Of a stretch of 32,000 bases of DNA, positions 1 through 7,847 are shown piece after piece. Position numbers and translations under genes: made by a program. The notes beneath the pieces are model-generated. The model had not been told where the DNA came from and ran no database searches. It saw only the letters and a list, made by a program, of their open reading frames with translations. Within the stretch, counting starts at the first letter, position 1. The number at the start of each line of letters is the position of its first letter. This DNA comes from Nonlabens ponticola (lineage in GTDB: Bacteria; Bacteroidota; Bacteroidia; Flavobacteriales; Flavobacteriaceae), in NCBI RefSeq assembly GCF_003966335.1, contig NZ_CP034549.1, forward strand, positions 1,320,001 through 1,352,000, given 5' to 3'.

Positions 1-174
1 GGTCTTGATCTAGGTATAGGATACAAGTTTTACATTAGTGAGGACGTGCAATTCTACGGTGAGTATCAGGGTTACACAGGGTTCTTAAATCTTCTCGACG
101 TCGGGCCAGATGTAGATGTAGAGTTGCGTAATGCAGCGTCAATTTTCAATGTAGGTGTGATACTCAAGTTATAA
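1..174 (+). CDS. 3' end of an ORF truncated by the window edge; possibly the C-terminus of an outer-membrane beta-barrel protein
   Basis: My own translation. Frame 1 is open from base 1 to TAA at 172-174 (GLDLGIGYKFYISEDVQFYGEYQGYTGFLN...ASIFNVGVILKL*). It shows an alternating aromatic/Gly beta-strand-like pattern. It is absent from the ORF track because it has no start in the window. Confidence 0.4.
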   Translation, partial: GLDLGIGYKFYISEDVQFYGEYQGYTGFLNLLDVGPDVDVELRNAASIFNVGVILKL

Positions 175-217
175 GAGGCCTTAAAGAACCATATTTTAGC
201 TTTCAAATAAGATTACT

Positions 218-649
218 ATGAAACTACTTATCATAAACGGTCCCAACCTTAATTTGCTAGGGAAACGAGAGCCTGACGTATACGGTAATAAAAGCTTTGA
301 TGACTTTTTTGCTGACTTGCAGTTTCATTTTAAGGATATCGAGCTTGCCATGTTTCAATCCAATATTGAAGGTGAATTGGTCGACGAGCTGCAACAGGCA
401 AGCGAGAGAGGATTTCATGGCATTGTACTCAATCCTGCCGCTTACACGCACACATCAATCGCGGTAGCAGATGCTGTCGCGGCAATTAGCATACCCGTGG
501 TCGAGGTGCATATCTCAAATGTGATGGATCGCGAACGAATAAGACACACTTCGTACGTCTCAAAAAATGCCAGTGGAACCATCTCTGGTTTTGGCCTGGA
601 CGGTTACAAGTTAGCCATACAAGGACTCAAACAGCAATTGAAAGCTTAA
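218..649 (+). CDS. aroQ: Type II 3-dehydroquinate dehydratase
   Basis: 143 aa. The N-terminus MKLLIINGPNLNLLGKREPDVYG, plus NPAAYTHTSIA and VEVHISN, match the canonical type II DHQase motifs. Confidence 0.95.
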   Translation: MKLLIINGPNLNLLGKREPDVYGNKSFDDFFADLQFHFKDIELAMFQSNIEGELVDELQQASERGFHGIVLNPAAYTHTSIAVADAVAAISIPVVEVHISNVMDRERIRHTSYVSKNASGTISGFGLDGYKLAIQGLKQQLKA

Positions 650-673
650 TTGCCAATAACTTTTACGAATAAA

Positions 674-707
674 AAAAGCCCTTTTTGAAATATCAAAAAG
701 GGCTTTT
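674..707. terminator. Bidirectional intrinsic-terminator-like hairpin between the convergent aroQ and TM2 genes
   Basis: AAAAGCCCTTTTTGA (674-688) pairs perfectly with TCAAAAAGGGCTTTT (693-707), with a 4-nt loop. An A-run/T-run lies on either side. Confidence 0.65.
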
Positions 708-726
708 CATTTTGAGTAATCGCAAC

Positions 727-1074
727 TTATAGTCCAGGATAGTTACCTGTCAAAATATCAATCAAGTCGATAATTGCCCAGATGCCTAATCCACCAAAAG
801 TTAGGATATATAAAATGTTCCAACCTACAGGGCTGCCTAAGTACCATCTGTGTCCAGCAACGAAGCCAAGGAAAAACCACAATACTGTAGCGATAGTTTG
901 ACTTTCTTCCCACACCACAGCGGCTGGAGATGATAATACAGTTGTTGTTTCTTCTACAGCAGTTTCTACATTTATAGTAGTCACCACATTGCGCTCCACA
1001 GGAAAGGAAGCATAACTGATAGAGCTGATAAGCATGAAGATACTTACTACAGCAAGTGTAAAGTTTGATTTCAT
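727..1074 (-). CDS. TM2 domain-containing membrane protein
   Basis: 115 aa with an N-terminal signal/TM segment. The C-terminal GHRWYLGSPVGWNILYILTFGGLGIWAIIDLIDILTG matches the TM2 domain pattern. Confidence 0.8.
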   Translation of the reverse strand: MKSNFTLAVVSIFMLISSISYASFPVERNVVTTINVETAVEETTTVLSSPAAVVWEESQTIATVLWFFLGFVAGHRWYLGSPVGWNILYILTFGGLGIWAIIDLIDILTGNYPGL

Positions 1075-1120
1075 AAAAAGGTTTGTTTGTTAGTTATCTT
1101 TACCAAATATACCCAAATTA

Positions 1121-1999
1121 ATGAAAAGCCTTACAACGTTTCTTTTGCTTTTTAACATGCTCGCGGCGACCTCTCAAACTGTTGAATACAGCGGTTTAAT
1201 AGCCTTACCAGACAGCACATTCATAACGTACAAGGTGGATATTATAGAAAATGATGGCTATATTTCTGGATATTCCTACACAGATCTCAATGGTCCTCAT
1301 GAGAGCAAGAATAGTATTGTCGGTCGCTATGATGATAAATCAAATCATCTAGAATTTAGAGAAGTTGATTTGATCTATACCAAGTCGCCCATCGACGAGC
1401 TGGATTTTTGCTACGTCTACTACAGTGGACAAATGCGTCGATTGAATGGTAAATCTAATCTTGAAGGCAACTTTAAAAGCTACTACGATGATCTGGAACC
1501 ATGCATCAATGGAGAACTCATGCTACAAAGTGCGGAAAAGGCAGAGCGCAAATTAGAAAAATTGAAACGTAAAATCGATAAGACATCAAGGATCGCAGAC
1601 AGTGTAAAGCAACGACTTAATGAAAGTTCATTCTTTAATGTCAATAAACGCCAAGGCTTAAAAGGAGGCGAGACGCTCAATGTCTTATGGAATAGTAAAG
1701 TAGCCTATCTTGAAATCTGGGATCCAGGAACGGTAGATGGTGATGCAATGTCCATTTCACTGAATGGAAAAACCCTAGAAAAAAGCTATGCACCTAAAAA
1801 GTCCAAGCGCAAAATACCATTGATTCTCGACAAGGATCAAAGTAAATTAACTCTTATCGCCTTGACAGAAGGAACTGAGCCACCCAACACTGCTCAAATC
1901 AGACTTACCGATGGAAACGGCAAAGAAATAAGCATGCTGTCCAGTTTTAAAGTAGGCGAGAAAGTTGAGGTAGTTTTCTACTTCAAAGACTTGAAATAA
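1121..1999 (+). CDS. Hypothetical secreted protein
   Basis: A 292-aa ORF with a signal-peptide-like N-terminus (MKSLTTFLLLFNMLAATSQ). I recognise no family. A terminator hairpin follows it. Confidence 0.6.
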   Translation: MKSLTTFLLLFNMLAATSQTVEYSGLIALPDSTFITYKVDIIENDGYISGYSYTDLNGPHESKNSIVGRYDDKSNHLEFREVDLIYTKSPIDELDFCYVYYSGQMRRLNGKSNLEGNFKSYYDDLEPCINGELMLQSAEKAERKLEKLKRKIDKTSRIADSVKQRLNESSFFNVNKRQGLKGGETLNVLWNSKVAYLEIWDPGTVDGDAMSISLNGKTLEKSYAPKKSKRKIPLILDKDQSKLTLIALTEGTEPPNTAQIRLTDGNGKEISMLSSFKVGEKVEVVFYFKDLK

Positions 2000-2019
2000 A
2001 AGCTCAATACCTATGAACA

Positions 2020-2050
2020 AAAAATGCTGGAGAATCTCTCCAGCATTTTT
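2020..2050. terminator. Bidirectional intrinsic-terminator-like hairpin between convergent genes
   Basis: AAAAATGCTGGAGA (2020-2033) pairs with TCTCCAGCATTTTT (2037-2050), with a 3-nt loop. Confidence 0.65.
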
Positions 2051-2082
2051 GAATTAGATCAATCTGTTAACTTTAAAATTCT

Positions 2083-3474
2083 CTACAAGTGAATCACTTC
2101 ATCATAAGCATCTGCAACAGCCTCCATCACAGCCTCACTCATAGTCGGGTGTGGATGCACTGCTTTTAATACTTCGTGTCCAGTCGTTTCTAGCTTGCGC
2201 GCGACCACTGCTTCAGCGATCATGTCGGTTACGCCAGCACCTATCATGTGACATCCTAGCCACTCGCCATACTTGGCATCAAAAATTACTTTTACAAAGC
2301 CATCCTTAGTACCAGCAGCACTTGCCTTCCCTGATGCACTAAACGGAAACTTACCTACTTTAATATCATAACCAGCTTCTTTGGCTTGTGCTTCGGTATA
2401 ACCTACGCTTGCAATTTCTGGAGTAGAGTAGGTACAACCAGGAATATTGCCATAATCAAGTGGCTCAACGTGCATGTCTGCTATTTTCTCTACACACAAG
2501 ATACCTTCAGCACTTGCAACGTGAGCCAGCGCTGGGCCAGCGGTTATATCACCAATGGCATAGTAACCTGGGATGTTTGTCTGGTACCAGTCGTTGACTA
2601 ATACTTTACCTCGATCTGTTGAGATACCAACTTCTTCAAGGCCTATGCTCTTGATGTTGGTTTCAATACCTACCGCGCTTAATACGATGTCTGCCTCAAG
2701 AGTTTCTTCACCTTTTTTAGTCTTCACGGTTGCCTTCACGCCATCACCACTTGTGTCAACACTAGTAACCTCGCTTGAAGTCATGATGTTGATGCCTGTT
2801 TTCTTAAAGCTGCGTTCCATTTGTTTTGAAACATCCACATCTTCAACAGGAACGATGCGATCTAGATATTCAACGATAGTAACCTCAGTGCCCATTGCGT
2901 TATAGAAGTATGCAAACTCAACGCCTATGGCGCCAGAACCTACAATGATCATCTTTTTAGGCTGGCTCTCTAGTGTCATCGCCTCACGATAACCTATAAC
3001 CTTTTTGCCATCTTGTGGCAATGCTGGCAATTCGCGAGACTTTGCACCAGTGGCGATGATAATATGGTTAGCCTCAACAGTAGATGTTGATCCGTCTTCT
3101 GCCTTGACCTCAATTTTCTTTGCTTTTTTAAGCGTGCCGTAACCCATGATCACGTCGATCTTGTTCTTTTTCATCAAGAACTGCACACCTTTACTCATGC
3201 CATCTGCCACGTCGCGAGAACGTTTTACCACAGCATTAAAATCTTTATCTACATTATCTGCCTTCAAACCATAGTCTGCAGCATGATTCAAATAATTGAA
3301 TACATCAGCACTTTTGATGAGCGCTTTTGTTGGGATACAACCCCAATTGAGACACACGCCACCTAGCGATTCCTTCTCTACAATAGCCACCTTCATTCCT
3401 AGTTGAGAGGCGCGTATGGCAGTCACATATCCACCAGGACCACTACCCAAAACGATAACATCGTACTTACTCAT
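2083..3474 (-). CDS. lpdA: Dihydrolipoyl dehydrogenase (E3 component)
   Basis: 463 aa. It has the FAD-binding GSGPGGY motif, the redox-active disulfide CLNWGCIPTK and the C-terminal dimerisation motif HPHPTMSE. Confidence 0.95.
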   Translation of the reverse strand: MSKYDVIVLGSGPGGYVTAIRASQLGMKVAIVEKESLGGVCLNWGCIPTKALIKSADVFNYLNHAADYGLKADNVDKDFNAVVKRSRDVADGMSKGVQFLMKKNKIDVIMGYGTLKKAKKIEVKAEDGSTSTVEANHIIIATGAKSRELPALPQDGKKVIGYREAMTLESQPKKMIIVGSGAIGVEFAYFYNAMGTEVTIVEYLDRIVPVEDVDVSKQMERSFKKTGINIMTSSEVTSVDTSGDGVKATVKTKKGEETLEADIVLSAVGIETNIKSIGLEEVGISTDRGKVLVNDWYQTNIPGYYAIGDITAGPALAHVASAEGILCVEKIADMHVEPLDYGNIPGCTYSTPEIASVGYTEAQAKEAGYDIKVGKFPFSASGKASAAGTKDGFVKVIFDAKYGEWLGCHMIGAGVTDMIAEAVVARKLETTGHEVLKAVHPHPTMSEAVMEAVADAYDEVIHL

Positions 3475-3549
3475 ATCTGTCGATTTTTAAGAGCTGTAAA
3501 AATATAGAATAAACGCCAACTGATCGTATTTTTGACCAACCCATTTACC

Positions 3550-4590
3550 ATGTACAAATCACTTGTCAGGCCGCTGCTGTTCCGTTTTGATCCAGAAGGC
3601 GTACACCATTTCTCATTCAAGGCTATTAAATTATTGAGCAAGGTGCCTGGTTTTAGCACGCTTTCGCGAAAGCGTTACAAGCTCCAGCATCCTGCATTAA
3701 AAAGAAATCTATTTGGGTTAGAGTTTGAAAATCCTGTAGGTCTGGCCGCAGGTTTTGATAAGGATGCCAAAGCATTTGCAGAGTTCTCCAATCTAGGTTT
3801 TGGATTTGTAGAAATAGGCACGCTCACGCCTAAACCTCAAGAAGGAAATCCGAAACAAAGGCTTTTCAGGCTTAAGGATGATGCGGCGATCGTCAATCGC
3901 ATGGGCTTTAATAATGGCGGCGTTGACGCTGCAGTTGAGCGATTGAAAAATAATAAAGCCAGCGAGGACCGTGTACTGATAGGCGGCAATATAGGTAAGA
4001 ACAAAACGACACCTAATGAGCAAGCTGTCGAGGATTACATTATTTGTTTTAATAAGCTCTTTAACCATGTGGACTATTTCACGGTCAATGTAAGCTCGCC
4101 CAACACACCAGGATTACGCGAACTGCAAGACCGCAAACCATTGACACATATCTTGCAGACACTGCAAGATTTGAATAATGCACGACCACAGCGCAAACCA
4201 ATTTTACTCAAAATCGCACCAGACCTGACTGACGAGCAATTGCTGGACATCATAGGAATCGTAGAAGACACTCAAATTGACGGTGTTATAGCAACCAATA
4301 CGACTATCGAGCGCAAGGAGCTTAAAAGCGATATCACCCTGCAAAAAGAAGCAGGTGGTTTGAGCGGCGCACCACTTACAAATCGTGCGACACAGGTCAT
4401 CAAATTTCTATATGAAAAAAGCCATGGAGCTTTCCCAATCATCGGCGTTGGCGGAATCATGACCGCTCAAGATGCCATTGATAAAATAAAAGCTGGCGCC
4501 AGCCTCGTACAACTATACACTGGTTTTGTCTATGAAGGACCTGCTTTGGTAAGAGATATCAATAAAGAGATTCTAAGACAAGGCTTGTAG
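3550..4590 (+). CDS. pyrD: Dihydroorotate dehydrogenase (quinone), class 2
   Basis: The ORF track starts at TTG 3532. The ATG at 3550 gives [23 protein letters not shown], which matches the canonical PyrD N-terminus. [18 protein letters not shown] and GVGGI motifs are present. Confidence 0.93.
   Translation: MYKSLVRPLLFRFDPEGVHHFSFKAIKLLSKVPGFSTLSRKRYKLQHPALKRNLFGLEFENPVGLAAGFDKDAKAFAEFSNLGFGFVEIGTLTPKPQEGNPKQRLFRLKDDAAIVNRMGFNNGGVDAAVERLKNNKASEDRVLIGGNIGKNKTTPNEQAVEDYIICFNKLFNHVDYFTVNVSSPNTPGLRELQDRKPLTHILQTLQDLNNARPQRKPILLKIAPDLTDEQLLDIIGIVEDTQIDGVIATNTTIERKELKSDITLQKEAGGLSGAPLTNRATQVIKFLYEKSHGAFPIIGVGGIMTAQDAIDKIKAGASLVQLYTGFVYEGPALVRDINKEILRQGL
3658..3675. repeat. Iterated palindrome copy (PAL), perfect 18 bp ACGCTTTCGCGAAAGCGT, inside pyrD
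   Basis: Read directly from the sequence. It is translated in frame as T-L-S-R-K-R. Confidence 0.9.
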
Positions 4591-4600
4591 AATTTTGAGT

Positions 4601-4628
4601 TGTCATGCTGCACTCGATGCGGCATCGG
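4601..4628. repeat. Hairpin repeat family HP-A (TGTCATGCTG...) just after the pyrD stop
   Basis: TGTCATGCTGCACTCGATGCGGCATCGG. The arms ATGCTGCA (4605-4612) and TGCGGCAT (4618-4625) have one mismatch. It shares the 10-mer TGTCATGCTG with the copies at 11128 and 13558. Confidence 0.6.
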
Positions 4629-4701
4629 CTAGACTCTAATTCAAAATTTATTGAGGTGTCTGCTTAAGAATTATTTCAATGTAATACACTTGTAATCACC
4701 A

Positions 4702-5319
4702 ATGCTAGAAACCTACCTAACATTCTCTTTCACCGCATTCTTGCTAGCCCTATCGCCAGGTCCAGACAATATCTTCGTACTCACGCAGTCCATAGCAAGA
4801 GGTGCGAGATACGGCATCGCAGTTGCAAGCGGCTTGATTACAGGATGTATACTTCATACCTCGGTAGTAGCGCTTGGCTTTGCTGTAATTCTAAGAGATA
4901 ATGAATGGTTGCTGCTGCTTATCAAGATTTTTGGAGCCTTGTACCTGTTGTTCCTTGCCTACAAAGTCAATCAATCCAGCGACGAAATTAAGCTGGACGC
5001 TAGTGTGGTCAACAACAACTCATGGTGGAAGCTTTATCGCATAGGCATCACCATGAATCTGCTGAATACCAAAGTAACATTGTTCTTCCTGGCATTACTG
5101 CCTCAATTTGTAGTTCCCAACTCTACAGAAGAGTGGATCCAGATATACATTCTAGGCGGTATTTTCATGCTAGTGTCACTCGCAGTCTTCTACAGCATAG
5201 CTTTTTTAGGCGGCAGCGCTGCAAGGTTCATAAGATCTTCAAGATGGTTTGCACCAGTAATGAAGTGGTTGCAGATTGTAGTATTTGTAGGTATTGCGGT
5301 TGCGATTTTTATTTTGTGA
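4702..5319 (+). CDS. LysE/RhtB family amino-acid exporter
   Basis: 205 aa and multi-TM. The N-terminal FLLALSPGPDNIFV motif is typical of the LysE family. Confidence 0.85.
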   Translation: MLETYLTFSFTAFLLALSPGPDNIFVLTQSIARGARYGIAVASGLITGCILHTSVVALGFAVILRDNEWLLLLIKIFGALYLLFLAYKVNQSSDEIKLDASVVNNNSWWKLYRIGITMNLLNTKVTLFFLALLPQFVVPNSTEEWIQIYILGGIFMLVSLAVFYSIAFLGGSAARFIRSSRWFAPVMKWLQIVVFVGIAVAIFIL

Positions 5320-5337
5320 TTAAAACTATCTAATTCC

Positions 5338-5949
5338 TTACATGACGAGGTTTCGATTATAATAATCGGCCTCAAATCTCACGAATTGAATATTAGAGTT
5401 TAGTACCTGAGTTAAATCTTTCCAGCTAAATGATTTTCCTCTGCGTTGAGTCATTGCATTGGTTAGAACGATTTTATAGTAATAATGAACAGCTATAAAC
5501 AAAGCGGATATGCTTTCTAAAACATTTTTGAGATTTGCTTCATAATAAAATTCATTTCTTTCGTACTTTACCTTATTATGAATCGTCCACCAATTTGGAG
5601 CTTTGCTTGAGGACCAACCTTCGTATGGTTTAATGGGATTCAAATTAGATCCGATAAAAACAGATTCTGTGAATAAATCTGGTAGTTTGATTATTAAATC
5701 TTTTTGGTACTTGTAAATATTATCTGCTTTAGAGCTGCTCGTCAATTTTTTACAAATGTGTTTTAGAATAACATCAATTTCAGCGCAGCTCGATAATAGC
5801 AATCTTGTAAATTCTATCGAATATGACGAGAAGTTATCTTCTGTAAAGTCTATATATCTGGAGGCAATCTTCAAATCATATTCCAAAGCACAGAAATAAT
5901 CCCAATACTTCATTGATAGATCTTCTTCTGTAAGATTTTGAATGACCAT
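5338..5949 (-). CDS. Hypothetical protein of unknown family, AT-rich; see findings
   Basis: A 203-aa ORF with an ATG start 22 nt downstream of the GH15 stop on the same strand. It appears mostly helical. I cannot assign a family with confidence. Confidence 0.6.
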   Translation of the reverse strand: MVIQNLTEEDLSMKYWDYFCALEYDLKIASRYIDFTEDNFSSYSIEFTRLLLSSCAEIDVILKHICKKLTSSSKADNIYKYQKDLIIKLPDLFTESVFIGSNLNPIKPYEGWSSSKAPNWWTIHNKVKYERNEFYYEANLKNVLESISALFIAVHYYYKIVLTNAMTQRRGKSFSWKDLTQVLNSNIQFVRFEADYYNRNLVM

Positions 5950-5970
5950 AAATCTATAATTTAATTTTTT

Positions 5971-7752
5971 TCATTTAGAGAGAGCGGAACTTTCATTAAA
6001 ATTAATCGCAGTCTCGATTAATGCCAGGTGAGAATAGGCCTGTGGGAAATTGCCCAGCAAACGCTTAGTCTTGAAATCAATATCCTCGCTAAACAAGCCC
6101 AAGTGGTTGCTATAGGAAAGGAGCTGATCAAAATAGGCTCTTGCTTTCTCTGTCTCACCAATCTTGTGCAGGCTGTCAATCAGCCAAAAAGTGCAAATTG
6201 TAAATGAACTGCTAGGCTCGCCAAAGTCGTCATTGTTCTTATAACGATACATCAATCCATCGTTGCACAGCTCACGCTCAGTAGCTTGAACGGTACTCAC
6301 AAATCGCGGATCGGTCGCCTCTATAAAACCGTACTGCTGCATTAACAACGTTGAAGCATCTAGGTCTGGTGAGCCGTAGGATTGTGTGTATGCCTGGACT
6401 TCATCATTCCAGCCGTTTTGATAGATATCATCATGGATGGTCTGCCTTAATTCTTGCCACTCTTGTAGATATCTACTTTTACCAATGATCTCGCTGATTT
6501 TGATCGCACGATCTATGGCCACCCAACACAATAGTTTTGAGAATACAAAATGCCTGTCCTCTGTACGCAGTTCCCAGATTCCTTTATCTGGTTTCTGCCA
6601 GTTTTTATTGACGATCGATGTGATGCTCTTTATTATAGTCCACAGTTCCTCGCTATTTTCCAGACTGGTCTCAAATTGGTCAAACTGCTGATAGATTACC
6701 TCCATCAGGATACCATAGATGTCATTTTGCTTCTGGATATAGGCAGCGTTTCCTATTCTTACTGGACTAGAATCTTTGTAACCAGAAAGGTGGTCAAGAA
6801 ATTCTTCAGTCAGGTCTTTCTCACCATTGATACCATACATGATCTGGATTTTCTCATCTTTTTCTGGAATCAAGTTGACGATAAATTGTAGGAACCTCTT
6901 AGCAGACTTGGTATGACCCAAACTCGTGATAACTCTAATAACCATAGATGCATCACGTATCCAGCAAAATCTATAATCCCAATTCCTTACTTCACCGATG
7001 GTTTCGGGCAAGCTAGTGGTGGCAGCGGCAAGCACGGCACCAGATTTCTCATAGGTCAGCGCTTTTAGGGTAAGTGCACTGCGTACGATTTCTTCATTGT
7101 AAAGCTGGTAGCTAGTCGTGCGCTCACTCCAGTTCATCCAGTAGGTTTTGGTGCGCTGGAATTTCAAATAACAGCGATCCAGTGTCTGGCTGGTTAGTTT
7201 TTCGTGGTACGACAACAACAGAAAAGCATTCTTTTCTAAGGTGATAATCTCCTGATTGAGTACCGCATCATAGTCCAAATCACTATACAAAAATGCCGAC
7301 TCGTACTCGCCATCCTGCGTATTGCTGTGTATGTATTCTCCTTTATTAGTAGAGTGCGTCTCAACCGCAGCATATTTCAATCTAGGATTATAAGAAATTT
7401 TGAATTGCGGCTTGCCTTTCAGCAGCCTTAAAAACCTCACGATATCTGGCGGTGAATAAAAAGTGCCGTCTTTTTGCTCGTATCTAGGCATGAAGTCAAT
7501 GACCTGAAAAGCGTCAGTGCCATTGTCAAAAGTCGTGCTCAGGATATTGGTTTGCCATAAATATTCCTGGTGCACTTGATAATCATCGTTCAACTTAAAC
7601 GAGAGGCTACCACCTTTCTCATCATCAAGGATTTTAGCAAAAACAGATGCGCTATCAAAAATGGGCAAGCAGCACCAGTCGATGGACGCATTTTTTGAAA
7701 TAAGTGCCGCACTTCTGCAATTACCTATGATACCGTAATCCAAATTCTCCAT
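5971..7752 (-). CDS. Glycoside hydrolase family 15 protein (glucoamylase/trehalase-like)
   Basis: 593 aa. The N-terminus is MENLDYGIIGNCRSAAL. NWDYRFCWIRDAS and the C-terminal GNFPQAYSHLALI are typical of bacterial GH15 enzymes. Confidence 0.9.
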   Translation of the reverse strand: MENLDYGIIGNCRSAALISKNASIDWCCLPIFDSASVFAKILDDEKGGSLSFKLNDDYQVHQEYLWQTNILSTTFDNGTDAFQVIDFMPRYEQKDGTFYSPPDIVRFLRLLKGKPQFKISYNPRLKYAAVETHSTNKGEYIHSNTQDGEYESAFLYSDLDYDAVLNQEIITLEKNAFLLLSYHEKLTSQTLDRCYLKFQRTKTYWMNWSERTTSYQLYNEEIVRSALTLKALTYEKSGAVLAAATTSLPETIGEVRNWDYRFCWIRDASMVIRVITSLGHTKSAKRFLQFIVNLIPEKDEKIQIMYGINGEKDLTEEFLDHLSGYKDSSPVRIGNAAYIQKQNDIYGILMEVIYQQFDQFETSLENSEELWTIIKSITSIVNKNWQKPDKGIWELRTEDRHFVFSKLLCWVAIDRAIKISEIIGKSRYLQEWQELRQTIHDDIYQNGWNDEVQAYTQSYGSPDLDASTLLMQQYGFIEATDPRFVSTVQATERELCNDGLMYRYKNNDDFGEPSSSFTICTFWLIDSLHKIGETEKARAYFDQLLSYSNHLGLFSEDIDFKTKRLLGNFPQAYSHLALIETAINFNESSALSK

Positions 7753-7847
7753 AAAGTCCTTAATAAAACCAGCTGGCTGGCTATTTTAAATATGATTTGC
7801 CGAAATTTAAGGATTAAACATCCATTCCAGTAAAGTAAGACCAGTTT

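Noticed and set aside
2386-2905. Two plus-strand ORFs (71 and 110 aa) inside the lpdA region
   Set aside because: They are antisense shadows of a strongly supported 463-aa lpdA CDS. They have low-complexity translations and no recognisable motifs.
5022-5333. A 103-aa alternative-frame ORF overlapping the 3' half of the LysE gene
   Set aside because: It lies on the same strand but out of frame with a well-supported membrane-protein CDS. Its His/Arg-rich translation is typical of frame artefacts.
6437-6891. Plus-strand ORFs (84 and 113 aa) inside the GH15 gene
   Set aside because: They are antisense shadows of the GH15 CDS, with no motifs.
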